NCBI RefSeq assembly: GCF_009914755.1
Contig: NC_060930.1
DNA: 64,000 nucleotides
Strand: one strand, 5' to 3'
From: the human T2T-CHM13v2.0 reference genome, Homo sapiens
The notes beneath the pieces were generated by a model. That model saw only the letters and a list, made by a program, of their open reading frames with translations. It was not told the DNA's origin and made no database searches. Every line of letters starts with the position of its first letter. Position 1 is the stretch's first letter. Below are positions 1 to 18,600 of this stretch, one piece after another. Made by a program: the position numbers and the translations under genes.

Positions 1-42
1 GATGGTATTACTAGTGGTACGTCATCTCAAAAGCACAGGTGT

Positions 43-375
<333 letters not shown>

Positions 376-962
376 AAAGCACAGGTGTAAAAAAACAAAA
401 TAATTCAAAGTCAGCTTGGTTTCTGAGGCTTCTCTTGCTTTTGTCTTATCTTCTGGTGTGTCCCCCTGCTTTAGCCCAAGGCCAAGTGTGCTGATAAAGG
501 GAAGCAGGTTTATTGCCCCAAATTCAGAGATGGGGCCATAAAGGAAAAACATCCAGTGTAGAGAAATTTTAATTATATTTCAAGTGCATGAGTGTTTTAG
601 TATGTCATGCAACATAATTCTTGGATTTAAAAAAAATTCCAGAAGGTTGAGGCAGAATGGTATTCTGTGGTGTTTGTGTGCATTTAATGGTGGAGTGGGT
701 GGGTGACAGAGAGTACAGAGACTCATGGATTTCAGACAACATATGAACAGTACTGCTTTCCCAGGGCTGATGGACATTTGACAGATTGGTAAATATCACT
801 GTACTAAAATACATTCAATCCAAGCATTTGTGAAAAGGAAAATGCAGTAATTCCAGCAAATAAAAGGAGTATATATTTAATGTTTGGGAGCTTCTAATTA
901 ACTTCAAGGAGTCTAAGGCATTTCTTAGGGGAAAAAAATAATTAGATAACTACAGTTTGTCA

Positions 963-1298
<336 letters not shown>

Positions 1299-1344
1299 TC
1301 AGCAATGGAAAGACAAATTGGTACAAAATTATTTTCACCACTAC

Positions 1345-1376
<32 letters not shown>
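1345..1376 (+). repeat. (CAT)n microsatellite
   Basis: About 10 CAT units. Confidence 0.95.
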
Positions 1377-1444
1377 ACTGTGTTATCACATCAAGGGTCA
1401 GGTTCTTCTCTAGGTTGTTTCTTGGCTGTTTCCAGTTCCTTCCC

Positions 1445-1506
1445 TTATTTTTTCTCTCCTTCAGAAGACATCTCTTTGGATGTCACAAAGTCACAATGAG
1501 AGGAAA
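1445..1506 (-). pseudogene. Candidate terminal exon (coding part)
   Basis: Very strong acceptor ctctttctctcttcctcttctctatccAG. Phase-1 frame SSHCDFVTSKEMSSEGEKK* is compatible with the 3908-4000 exon. Confidence 0.45.
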
Positions 1507-2525
1507 CTGGATAGAGAAGAGGAAGAGAGAAAGAGTGAGCTAAACAGTTTCTAGAGCCTTGAGAAAAGCTCTGGGAGCATGTTTCTGCCAGCTTTAATGT
1601 ACTCTTGAGAGTTGAACAAGTTTTGTAATTATGTCTGTTACAGTGAGTTCTGAACTACACTTAACCTCTGTTGTCTCCTCAGACACAGTGAGCTCTGTAT
1701 AGATATTTTTTAGTGGATTAAGCAAGGAGTCACAATTGTTTGAATTCGTAGTGTGAATAAAAATGAAACTTTGGCAATTTAGGGCAAGTTGAACTTGAAA
1801 GACCTGAAGAAGTTATGTCACTCTAAGATTCGGTGAGTCTTTAGATTCCAGCCATCAGACAGCACTCCCTGAATTCTGTTTCCTGTGTTAGGAGTCAGAA
1901 AATGACTTCAAGTCCCGGTTAAGCCATGAAGTGGCCTTGTTACCTTGGCAAGTCTCTGCTTTCTCCCTGTAAAACGAGGAGTGTAGATTAGGCTGGTGCT
2001 CTTCCAGCTCTCATATTCTGTGTGATTGTATGAAGAATGAGTTCCACCACTCTTGCCTGATGGAGAGAGAGCCATGGAAATAGACACCTCTTCACTGATA
2101 TTCAAAGGCATTCATGAACGTGTCCCTAGCTTGGATTGGACTATAAATACTAAAAATAAAGAGTAGATTTGTCTTTCTGCTATATGTACTTTGGTCCCTG
2201 ACCTTTGGGACAACCTCATTAATGTCTTCTTTATTATTTAAGAGCTTTGACTGTCCCTCAGTGTATGTTACCAGGCTCTTGTTCTCATGTTTTAAACGTA
2301 GTACTGTGCACTTTGTGAGAATAACAAATAGGGGAAATATATGCAGTGTATGGATAGGAAGTGGTTTCCTTAGCAACGGTTGCAATAAACAAAATATATC
2401 ACAGAATGTGGATTTTCCCCTACTTTGATTACTCCCAAATTTAGTCCCTAGCCTATATACTTCATCTTTTCTTCTATACTGTAAGACAATACAGAATCAT
2501 GCACTCTCTCTTTTTTTCTTTTTTT

Positions 2526-2636
2526 AAGACTAGTCACATGCAGTAGTGAGATGGGAGGAAAGAGTAGAAAAAGGAGTTTGATCTGTAACTGACTGTGAAC
2601 AGCCAATTGAGATAACTCACTACCTTTGGACCAACC
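2526..2636 (-). pseudogene. Y1 RNA (RNY1-derived) retropseudogene
   Basis: Reverse complement ggttggtccaaaggtagtgagttatctcaatt...gactagtctt matches full-length hY1. A-tail at 2511-2525. Confidence 0.95.
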
Positions 2637-3124
2637 TCTCTTAAGAATCTATTGTAATTTGGAGGGTGAACTGGGATTCTACATATATGCCTCACATAGT
2701 GGTGCCTTCACTGCTGTTTGGGTGCTGTATTAAAGCACATGTTTTTACCTGGCTTATTTCTCCCTTGGAACTGTTCAGAAATCTGAATGACCTGTAAAAG
2801 TTGTTTTCCTTTACCTTTCCTGGTCTTCCATACCCTTATGCCTATTCCTTCTTAATGTCATTTTGAAATACAAACATCCAAAACCATAGAAACCACAGTG
2901 TGTAAATGTTGAGGGAGATCAGATGTTTACTTGGAGCCATAAGGACTGGGAGAGAATGTGAGTCTTACTGTCATTGTATAAAGTAATTGCTAACCCCTGG
3001 CTGCCCCCTTTGATCTCTTTTTCAAGCCAAGCTTCTGCAATATGAGATAGCTATTTTAATTTTTTATTTTTTCTGGGATGGAGAGGAGACTTAGCACAAC
3101 TTGCTAGAATTAGTTTGCAATACA

Positions 3125-3470
<346 letters not shown>

Positions 3471-3497
3471 TTAGTAAGAAACCAGAAGAGTTCCCAA

Positions 3498-3557
3498 GAA
3501 CATTCTGGTTGAAGTTTGAACATTCTGGTTGAAGTTAGAACATTCTGATTGAAGATT
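3498..3557 (+). repeat. 20-bp tandem repeat x3
   Basis: gaacattctggttgaagttt repeated three times with few changes. Confidence 0.9.
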
Positions 3558-3729
3558 CTAGGGATAGTCTCTCCTGCCTAATTGCTTCAGGAATGGGAGC
3601 ACAGTAGACTGAGAAAAGCAATATTGCTGGTATATTCTGGGCAGTTGTCCACCAAATAATGTTAATCCTGATCCTTTTCTTAATTTTTCCCTTCTAAACT
3701 GCATAAGAGACAGAAGTCACAAAACAATT

Positions 3730-3876
3730 TTTTTGTTTTGTTTTGTTTGTTTTTTTAGTAGAGATGGGGTTTCACCACATTGGCCAGGCTGATCTTGAAC
3801 TCCTGACCTCAAGTGATCTGCACGTCTCGGCCACCCAAAGTGCTGGGATTATAGGCGTGAGCCACTGCACCCGGCC
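3730..3876 (-). mobile_element. AluS left monomer only
   Basis: Left arm plus A-rich tail, flanked by ac(a/g)aaacaatttt. Confidence 0.9.
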
Positions 3877-3907
3877 TACGAAACAATTTTAATGGCATTT
3901 CCTTAAC

Positions 3908-4000
3908 CATTATTTTCTTTTAAGATGTCATTACTAATGAACTGCACATCACAGCCTTCCTTCTGGAGGAGGAAGCTTCCTGTCACCATCCCATTTTTCT
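3908..4000 (-). pseudogene. Candidate 93-nt tail exon (phase 1-1)
   Basis: ttttccttctcctgcAG acceptor, ATG|GTTAAG donor, open frame KNGMVTGSFLLQKEGCDVQFISNDILKENN. Confidence 0.5.
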
Positions 4001-4123
4001 CTGCAGGAGAAGGAAAACACACTTGACGTCCTTTGACTATGCATGTGCTTGTTTGGTCCAGGGAACTGAGGTGTGCAACTTGCTTTCCCACTCCTATAGA
4101 GCGTTCTGAATTATTGCTTGCTG

Positions 4124-4385
4124 TTTTGTTTTTTTGAGACAGTGTCTCTCTCTGTCATCTAGGCTGGAGTGCGGTGACATGAACACAGCCCACTGCAGCC
4201 TCCCAGGTTTAAGTGATTCTCCCACCTCAGCCTCTTGAGTAGCCGGGACTACAGGCATGCACCACTATGCCTGGCTAAGTTTTAAATTTTTTCTAGGGAC
4301 AGGATTTCGGCATGTTGTTCAGGCTGGTCTCAAACTCCTGGGCTCAAGCAATCCTGCCACGGCCTTCCAAAGTGCTGGGATTATG
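4124..4385 (-). mobile_element. AluJ, degraded
   Basis: J-type arms, 5' truncated. Confidence 0.85.
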
Positions 4386-5170
4386 GTGGCTGAAATTTTT
4401 AATAACAGTGAAACAATTGGTGGCCATAAAGCAAAAAAAGAGAAACAAGTTGGAGCCTGAAGGGTGATGTCTTTGAGCTTCTGGAGTGATAGAGAAATGG
4501 TCAGGTGAAACAGCAGCTCAACACCAGATGGAAACCAAGTAAAGAGAGGCTTCCACTTTTGGCTCTCAGGCGCACCCCAGCTGGGGCCCCTGGTGAGAGG
4601 AGACTGGGGTTGTGAAGGATGGTGTTGCCAGGTGGTGGAGGCCAGGGTAGAAATGAGAAGTGTGATCTTAAGACCAGTTAGAGGGTTCTGGCATCACCCC
4701 TGCTTGACCATCGTTTACTGGTGGTATCTTCAAGAGCCTCTAAGGTCCGTGGAGTTGGCACAAACAAGCATTGACAGTGAAGCCCAGTAGTCTTCAACAT
4801 CATATAATTACTGGGCATTACATTGCATAAACTGCAATGTGAATTGAACAAAGACCCATTACAGGAGTGCGAAAAAGCAAGTAATCATGCCCTGTTTCCT
4901 CACTAACTGCCTGCCTCACCTTTAATGTGCTCCTCCCTTCCCTTGTTCCCCAGTCCTTGGCCTATGGTCTGAAGTAGAAATGTTTTCCATATTTATTCTG
5001 TCTGGTACTGTTTCCTCTGAGATTGACAGATGGTTCAAATTTCATTTTGAGGTATGCCTAAAGGATAAAAACTCCACCTCTACTTCTTTCCTTTCATATT
5101 TATATCTTCTTTTTTCCTCTTTTTTTTCCCCTCTCCTTCTCTCTTCCTTGTGTCTTTTTACATTTGCTAG

Positions 5171-5522
<352 letters not shown>

Positions 5523-6110
5523 CTCAGTTTCCTTTTACTTCATTATCTATTCTGTGGGGAAGATGATTTACTTTGTGCAATGGTATATAACTCGATTTCT
5601 GACATCCAAGAATCCCTTTCCCTGCCTAATTTGACTTTAAAAGGGTTCAAAGAGGATGATTTCGGATAAAAAGTTGAGTCGATTTAACTATCTATCAAAA
5701 GAAAAGTCTCCCAGATACTTTGCGTCAATTACTAGTTCTTTTCTGTCTTGCGTATTTGCACCGAGAAAGAATTCTGTTGGCCCATATGCTGGGTTAGTGC
5801 CAGAATAAGATGGGCTTCTGTCCCCATCACTCCATTGAAGGGGCTATTGTCAAGGTTACCTGTGACCTCTGCATTGCCAGCTTTGATGTCTTCTGTGTCC
5901 TCCTCTTGCCGACCTCTCTCCAGGGTTGCCTCACTTGTCTTCTGCTCTCCTTTCTGTTGCTGGCCACTTATGCTTCCTGACTCACCCTTCCTCCCTTCTC
6001 TGTTTCAATTGCCTGTGCCCTAGGGTCAGACCCAGGCCTCTTCTCTTCTTTATCCAAATTCTCTCCTTGAGGATCTCATCTTTAAATATCACTTATATCT
6101 TGAAGACTTC

Positions 6111-6570
6111 CTCCTCTTCCTCCTCCTCTTCCTCCTCCTCCTTTTCTTCTCCTCTTCCTCCTCCTCCTCCTTCTTCTCCTTCTTGTTTTTTTGTCTTCTC
6201 CTTCCTCCTCCTCCTCTTCTTCTTCTTCCTCCTCCTCCACCTTCTCCCCCTCCTGTTCCTCCTTCTCCTCCTCCTTCTCCTCCTTCTCCTCCCCCTTCTC
6301 CTCCTCTTCCTCCTCCTCCTTCTTCCTCCTTCTCCTTCCCCTTCTCCTCCTCCTCCTTCCTCCTTCTCCTCTCCCTTCTCCTCCTCTCCCTTCTCCTCCT
6401 CTCCCTTCTCCTCCTCTTCCTCCTCCTCTCCCTTCTCCTCCTCTTCCTCCTCCTCCTTCTTCCTCCTCCTCCTCCTTCTTCCTCCTCCTCCCTCCTCCTC
6501 CTCCTCCTTCTTCCTCCTCCTCCCTCCTCCTCCTCCTCCTCCTTCTTCCTCCTCCTCCTCTTCCTCTTCT
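6111..6570 (+). repeat. (CCT/CTT)n polypyrimidine tract
   Basis: About 460 bp, almost purely C/T. Confidence 0.98.
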
Positions 6571-6720
6571 TTTGAGACAGGGTCTCTCTCTGTCACCCAG
6601 GCTAGAGTGCAGTGACGCTATCACAGCTCACTGCAGCCTCAAACTCCAGGGCTCAGGTGATCTTCCCACTTTGGCCTCCCAAAGTGCTGAGATTACAGGC
6701 CTGATTCACTGCACCTGGCC
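6570..6720 (-). mobile_element. Monomeric Alu (FRAM-like or left/right-arm hybrid)
   Basis: 150-bp monomer. TSD ttgaagacttc at 6100-6110 and 6721-6731 encloses the CT tract. Confidence 0.9.
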
Positions 6721-7011
6721 TTGAAGACTTCTAAGTATAAATCAATAGCCCTAACCTCTCCCCTAATCTCCAGATTTCTAACAAGAAGAGATCTTGTTTG
6801 TGCAGATGTCTCCTGACATCTTCTCCTGAATAGACATAGCAAACTGAGCCATGAGCAACACAAACAGAAATTATTCTCACTGCCACCCCCTCCCAACATG
6901 CCTTCCTCACAGCCTTTCTAATTCCGGTAAGTGGTATTGCATCCACTTAGTAGCTCAGTCAAAAGTCACACTCCATGCCCACCTCTAATCTGTTACCATT
7001 TATACTTCTAA

Positions 7012-7332
<321 letters not shown>

Positions 7333-7753
7333 CCATTCCCTTTTTACAATACTACTGTTATCACCCTTGTCCATGCAACTATATTTTATTGCCTGTAAGA
7401 CTACAGTCATTTCCAAAGAAGTTTCCCTGTTTCTACTGTTGTGCTTGTTATGGTACTTCCTCCACACAGCATCCAGAATAATTTTCAAAAATGTAAATCA
7501 GATTGCATCACTCCCTTTCTTAATAACCTTTTGCACTGCCCCATGTCCGCGTCCCTGAGCCCATAAAACCCTCTTCTTTGCATTCTTTAGTGCATTATTT
7601 CCGCTGTAGTACTGACCTCCTGAAAAGCTCAAGCCTCTTTTATGCTATATGGTTTCTTTCCCACAGATAAAGTAAGAATAAAAATATTTATGGATCTGAA
7701 AATTCCTTAAAGTATTTGTTACTGTGCAGGAGGTAGAAAACTTCCTAGGTAAC

Positions 7754-7843
7754 CTCTTCTTCTTTTTTTTTTTTTTTTGAAACAAAGGCTGGAACTTCAG
7801 GGACCAGTGATGTTGTCAGTTTTCTACTATCTGATGAAGGATA
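7754..7843 (-). pseudogene. Candidate 90-nt tail exon
   Basis: tttttttcactctcttcAG acceptor, open frame YPSSDSRKLTTSLVPEVPAF, weak donor. Confidence 0.4.
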
Positions 7844-9357
7844 CTGAAGAGAGTGAAAAAAATAGTATAGACTTGGGGAGAAAGGAATGGATTTGTGGGA
7901 GAATAAAATGGGAAAGTAAAACAGAGTGGGGAAGGGGGAGCTAAAAAGAAAAGCACCCAGGATAAATCTTTTCCTTGCTTTATAATTCATATCATAGTAA
8001 AATTTTATAAATTTAGTTTCTGTAGAAAAAGGAATAATAAAATGATATTAATTAGGATCATATTCATAATTATACTGTTTCTCTCTGAATTTATATAATC
8101 TTTCTGCAAAGAGCTAAAAATGGCTTAAAAAGCTCTAATGATATTATATTATTTAGCAATGTGTCTGTAATAGACATTAATGATACAGTATTAAACCAAT
8201 CCACAGAGCTTTCTAAAGGTACGGTAGGCTAATATAACACCAGAAACCTAATTGCTGCTCTCAGAATTTAGAATTGAAATTAGCTTAATGATATAAAATT
8301 TTTTAATAGGAAAAGCTATCCACAAATAGTTGCTATCATGTAGTTTTTCAGTGTAAAGAAAATTTAAAAAATCAATAAAAACAAAATGATTACTCAGACC
8401 TTGTTACATAGATATCGCTGTTAGACGTCCTCCTTTTCTAAGATAACCTATTGTGTGGTTTTCAGAGCCTTTTATAAGTCAGCCACTAGAGAGCAAACTT
8501 CTTCTTTTTATCAGGCCGTAGTTTTATTTTTTAAAAAAAATACACACCACGTATATATTGGGAATCTCACAATGACACATTATCTCAGACTGTAAAATCT
8601 GATAATATAGCTTCTAGATGCCTGGGGCAGTGGGTGTAGGGGATGAAGTGGGAAATTTTAAGGCCGTTTATATTAAAAACACAAGAAAGAACAAGATAAG
8701 ATGTTGTAATGTTGAACTACCTTCCTGGAGTGAAAATGAAACCTTCTGCTAATGGAGCATAAAGTCTTACGTTTCATGCCATGTAATAAAATATGATAGG
8801 CATTGTTTGGTCTGACAGGTATCTTGGGCCTTTTTCCAGACTAGGGTCTCCAGGGAGCTCAAAGACATGTTACTGTTTCCAGGTGAAATGTAGATAAATT
8901 ACATTGTCAGCTACCTTTGCTGCCTCCAGTTCCAGAGGCTCCAGTCACACAAAAGAAAGCTGCCAGTTCCAGAACACTCTCATCTATTGGACTAACCCCC
9001 AACTATTGACATCCTTTCCAAAGGTCAGGATGGCACCCAAAACATCAATATACAGGCAGATCAATCTGCTAAAGGGTGCCAGGGAACAGAAGGATTTACT
9101 GCACATAGAAATTCCAATTTTTCAGGCCCCAGAGTGTCTCAGCCTCCTTTTTGGCCAAGAATGGGAGATACTCAGCTAGGTAAACCACTTTCTCTTCTGG
9201 TGGCCTGTTGGCAATTGGCCCCGTTCTCATGACCCTAGAGTCTCATGGCTCACCAAAGTCGTCAGAATCAAGTTTCATCTCTGTTATTTGGGCTTTGGGC
9301 TATTTGAGGGTTTATAGTTTAAAATTTGAACTTTTTAGATATTTCAAAAAAACAGTA

Positions 9358-9411
9358 TTGGATTGGTGCAAAAGTAATTGCAGGTTTTGCCATTACTTTA
9401 TACCAACCTAA
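9358..9411. mobile_element. MADE1 (Hsmar1 MITE), internally deleted
   Basis: ttggattggtgcaaaagtaattgc...ccaacctaa with TA flanks. Confidence 0.85.
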
Positions 9412-9514
9412 TATTAAGAGCTGTAGGAAGATTATAAAAGATATCCAAGAAGGGAGATTTCAAAACCTTCCAAGGGAACACTTTCCAGGGTTTATTGGCT
9501 ATTCCGGTTAGATT

Positions 9515-9922
<408 letters not shown>

Positions 9923-10489
9923 TACTTTATGCTACAGGGCCTTCTGTGAAGAGGTCTTTTACAGGCATTGTTCACCACTTCATAATCAATCAACAATCAT
10001 TGCCTGCCCACTAAGCACTCAGCACAATGTCAATGCAACTCAACAAAGATATATTATTGACTCTCTGCAAGGTGCTTCGGTGAGTACTGCAGCAAACATT
10101 AGGGTCAGCTAGATGAGGTCCTGTCTTTACAGAGCTTATGTTCCAATGAGAGAAAGTAAAATTAATCACTTGGACAGTGTTATGTTTTCTACAGTTAAAA
10201 TGTTGTGGGAGTATGAAAGAGGATGAGATTCAATCCTGACTGGGGGACTCCAGGAAGGTTCATTGCTGGGATGGCACTTGGATGGAAGGGCTGACACTTA
10301 ACACGGAAGAGGTGCTAATTTAGTTGGGACTTGAAGGAGGCATAAGATTATTCTTACAATTTCCCATCAAATATCTGTAGCTGTGGTTGTTGTTATCAGT
10401 AGACGGTAAAATTTCTGAGGGCAGTGGTCTCTCTGTAGTCACACGGTGCCTGGCACAGAGTTAGAGGCTCCACTCTATGCTGCCAAGTC

Positions 10490-10635
10490 AGTGCAGTATA
10501 GTAGGTGAGAACACTTGTCCTGAATCCAGGCCGCTACTTCACTAGCTGTGTGACCTTGAGCAACTTATTCAACTTCTCCGTGTCACAGTGTCTTCATCTA
10601 TAAAATGTGGGTACATAATAGCACCTATCTATGTT
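10490..10635 (+). mobile_element. MIR
   Basis: Core tagctgtgtgaccttgagcaacttattcaacttctc...catctataaaatg. Confidence 0.85.
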
Positions 10636-11529
10636 CTCCTGTGGAAATCAGACATGACTGGGCATTTCCACAGTTCTGTAGGGCAGCCCAACTAAATTTG
10701 TTTCACGGACACACCAAGGAGCCCCCAAGGAAAGAAGTCGAGCTAAACTTAAGGAAGACAGAGTCAGGCTGACATGTCTGGCTCTACCCTGAAGCCCCAG
10801 GGAAGAAGCAGAGGCAAGACACAGCATCTGTCACTTTGGCCCAGTTCTGTGTCCTGATTCCTGCAGTGGGGTTTGTGTGTGTGTTTGTGTGTGTGTGTCT
10901 GTGTTTGTGTGTGTGTTAGAGATATTTCACCTAAATATCTATAAGACCCCAAGGTCTCGGCAGAATTGCTTTTATAGCCCCTAGATAGATTGTAGCCCAT
11001 GATGGGTGTAGGGCTGAGATTTTGGAGGATTGATAGCTCCAGAGACCGCAGGTCAATACTATCACCTCCAGGTCCCCAGGGCTTCTGCTGGGTGGCAGAG
11101 GTCCCTGGCAGACACTCCAGAGAGGATTGTTCAGGAGGACATTGGAGACAGCCTCTAAGAACACCCAGAAATTTTGGGTGGGTGGGGCTTCTCTGCAGAA
11201 GAGGAGTCCTACTATAGCAGGCAGGGTGAAAATCAGCATAAGGAAGGTTACGGCCTAATGCTACCCAATTTGTATCCTTCAGGTTGCTGTAGTCTGGGGC
11301 ACATCAGAATCCTGACTTCAATTTGGCAATTTCCATTGTAATTGAAGGTCTGAAAAGTTCTTAAAAAGTTCACTTCTTGCCTAAGAAAGTAACATATCTC
11401 ATTGTGGGTGGTTAAAAAAATAGAAAAACATAAAAAATTAGATTAAAGTAGCCCTTAGTTTATCATACAATGAGATTTACTTTTGATGTATTTTTAAAAG
11501 GTATTTTGATGTATTTCCATCTAATATTT

Positions 11530-12139
<610 letters not shown>

Positions 12140-12983
12140 TAAACTAACAAGAGAGATGCATGTTTGGAATTTGCTAAATTTATCTAAATATCTATATTTG
12201 CTTTATTCTCCCTGTTTCACTTAACACCCTATTTTGAATATTTTCCTATATTATTAACTATTATTGAAAATACTATTTAATATACATATTCCATATGGGT
12301 TACTCTAATTTTTAAAGTAATTTTTATTAAGGTGTACTATGCAAATATTGCATGCAAATATTCTACAAATGAAATAGTGCTAAATAGCATAAAAACAGAA
12401 TGAATGATGCTTTCTCTACTCACCCTCAACTGCTTTGTCCTTGTCAAGAGGAGCTACTTTCAGTTTTCACTAGCAGCTTATTTTGAAATTTGCCTCCATA
12501 TTTAAAAACATGATTAATATCCTATTATTTCTTCATTTACCAAGTTTAGTACATATAGTGAGGACTTCTGCTTATTTTTACCCTCCTTTCTTTCTCGAAT
12601 CTTCCTGATGTAATTATATTTTAATTTTTACCTAAGTACGTATTCAGTATGTCTATGATTATTACTTTGTGAATATTGTTCACTGTCAACCTCTAAGTGA
12701 TATACTGTGATTATATTTTCTTGTGCATTTTTAATTTTTTCTTGGAGTTAATAATTGTCATTTTTGCTTGCTTAAATTTCTTGACACACAATGTCTCCCT
12801 ACTTTCTAACAGCTCTGTAAAATGACTCTATGTCATTTTCTACACAGTCAAATCTGTCATTTAATTTATCAGTTCTATTTTATTGTGTAAAATTCCTTCT
12901 GAAGCCCTCTGACCTCCTGCTCCCTTATGGACTTGTTCTCCTTAGGCCAGGTGTCTCTAGATTTATATTTTACCTTATTTTAA

Positions 12984-12984
<1 letters not shown>

Positions 12985-13014
<30 letters not shown>

Positions 13015-13299
13015 TTGAGACAGAGTCTTGCTCTGTCATCCAGGCTGCAGTGCAATGGCGTGATCTCGGCTCACTGCAAACCTCCACCCCCTGGGTTCAA
13101 GTGATTTTTCTACCTCAGCCTCCCGAGTAGCTGGGATTACAGGCATGCACCACCACACCCGGCTAATTTTTTGTATTTTTGGTAGAGATAGGGTTTCGCC
13201 ATGTTGGCCAGGCTGGTCTTGAACTGCTGACTTCAGGTGATCCACCCACCTCGGCCTCCCAAAGTGCTGAGATTACAGGCGTGAGCCACCGCACCTGGT
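12985..13299 (-). mobile_element. AluS with (TTA)n tail
   Basis: Full dimer. Confidence 0.95.
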
Positions 13300-13754
13300 T
13301 AGATTTTTAAATAATAGGCTGTTATCAATTATTTTAAAAAGCACATGCCTCCAATATTTGTATTATTAATGTTTATAAAATATATCCTTTTTCTATAATA
13401 AAGTAGAATGCACACGGTGAAACATGAACAAATTAGAAATTTTTAAAGGCTAACATAAAAATAAAATTTAAAAGGTATTAATTTCCTTCTTGTGCCTTAG
13501 TGGTTGTCTTTCACTCATTGGGGTGGGAGACCAATGCTCTAGGCTTACTCACAATGATTGTCTTGGGATTTTCCTTTGCCATCAATCTAGAAATTACTTT
13601 AGTCTATTTTTTTGTATTATTTCTTGGATTTAATGTTTCCTTCTTAGTTCTCACCCTCATTTTGATGGAGCACACCTTCTAGTAGCTTCCTAAGAAAAAG
13701 TTTAAGGGAGGCAAATTTCTGAGGTATTGCCTGTCTAAAACATCTTTATTTTTA

Positions 13755-15213
<1,459 letters not shown>

Positions 15214-16587
15214 TTTTCTCTTTATGTTGTATGAATAATTTGATTGGGTAGGGAATTTGAGACTGAAATAATTTTTATGCAGAATTTTTGAGACTTTGCT
15301 CCATTGTCTTCTAAATTTCTGTGTTGCTGATAGAAATCTTGTGCCATTTTAAGCTGTGATTCATAGTATAACCTGTTCTCTCTCGCATCCATCCCCTAGA
15401 CCTTTTCAAAATCTTTTCTATTTTTAGTGTTTTGAACTTTTGTAGTGACGCAGCTCTTTCTTTCATTAATTGGCTTTTTAATCTGAAGACTCATGACTAG
15501 TAGTCCTAGAAAGTATATGATTTCTTTGATAATTTCCCTTTATTGTTTTCTACCTTCTCTCCTATTAATTTAGATCTTTGAATTTATTTTCTAATTATCT
15601 TTTTTAATGCCAATCTCTTTGTGTATTTGTTTGTTTTGTTTGCTTTTTTGTTGTTGTTGAATTCTTTGTCCTTTCCTAGACCTTATTTCCCAGTCCCCCA
15701 ATTGAGTCTGTCCTTTTTGCTATCATCGTTTCTTCTCTGAAGCTATGAATGGTAGTATGTTCGAAATTTTCTTCTGCCCTCAGCGTTGTTTCACTTTCCT
15801 ATGTACCATTCCCCTCATCCCCCCATTGTTTATTTTTTTCTCTCATGTTGGAGGCTTTCCTCAAATTTCTGGTACAAGAGAGTCTATCTAGTTATTTATA
15901 GTTAGGAATGGAGCACTAAAAAGGTGGTTGGAAGCTGTGTGTGCATGTGTGGGGTTGGTTGCTGTGGAACAAGTGATGAGCAGAGAGCTTTTGAATTGAA
16001 CTCCTTATATGTTAGCATATATTGGTGTCTTCAGGTTCATTGTCTTCAGAGAAGGATACTAACCATCTCCTGCCTGGGATGTAAGATTGGCTGCTTGTGT
16101 TCTAGAACTGAGTGAAAAATCCAGGATGCAGATTTTCATTTGATCCCTCTGTTCTCAGCATAGTACTGCATCTCTACCCTCCTTTTTGCCCAGTTTCTTA
16201 ATTCCGAAGACTTTCTGGTTTGATTCCTCCAGATACTATAGGGTAAAGAAGGGGTAGCTACCTGACCACACAGAATAAAAATGAGAACCTAATTTAGGAG
16301 TGGCTTAATTGCTCTTTATATATTTTTATCAACGAATCCTCATCTTCAGCTCATTGGTTCACACCTGTCCTCAAAGGTCTCTAGTTCTCCTATTTTCTGA
16401 GCTCTTCCAAGGTTCTGTGCACCAAATCACTATTCAATTAATGTTAGTTATTAATACTATGGTATTGGTGTTGTAATTTATTGTCATACACTGTGTAGAT
16501 ATTTTGGTTTGACCTTCTTTTCTCCCTGCATGGTCATTTATCATGCTCCTGTTTTTAATCTTCATATATAAGGGGCTGAGATCTAGT

Positions 16588-17659
<1,072 letters not shown>

Positions 17660-17872
17660 AATCACCATCTAGTTTTATCAAAGATGGTATTTATGTTTCA
17701 GTTTTATGTTCTTTTGGTGGTTATGAAAAGGGAGCACTTAATGTCTATCTTGAAACTAGAAGTCATATATCATACTTTTTCTCCAATTTTTGAACATTTT
17801 GGTTGCTTCTAGTCTTCACTGTGATGACTCACATGGAACATTCCGGTGATGGAGAACTTAGAAAAATACTAG

Positions 17873-18160
<288 letters not shown>

Positions 18161-18312
18161 ACTCCTTATATCTTTTATTTAAGTTTCTGATTATTTCCTT
18201 TAAATGATTCATAGAAGGTACACAATAAATTTACAAATCAAAGGGTCCTAATCTTAGTTTTGATGTCTATTGATAAAAAGCTTGCCTGAAAGTTTTGTTG
18301 TTGTTGTTGTTG

Positions 18313-18600
18313 CTTTAATGGGAGATTCTTATTATTACTCAAATCAGTCTCCAAAAATATGGAAGCCTAGGGTTTTTCAAGGACAGTTTAGCAGGTAGGA
18401 GGCCAAGGACTGGGGAGTGCTGATTGTTTGGGCTGGAGATGAAATCATAGGGAGTCGAAGCTGTCCACTTGTGCTGCGTTGGTTCCTGGGTAGGGGCCAC
18501 AGGACTGGTTGACGGGCCTGGGTGGAGCTATTCAGTAATGAGAAATACAAAAACCTGAAAAGACTATGAAAGTGATGTTATTTGCAGGAATAATTGGGGA
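18313..18600 (-). mobile_element. ERV1 LTR fragment (LTR8-like)
   Basis: ttattattactcaaatcagtctcc...ggggagtgctgatt...gaaatcataggg. Confidence 0.7.

Noticed and set aside
3498-3557. CRISPR-like array
   Set aside because: Direct tandem units without spacers, in primate DNA. The same applies to the LTR7 51-mers.
5926-6724. Long ORFs of 130-229 aa on both strands
   Set aside because: Artefacts of the stop-free CT/GA tract.
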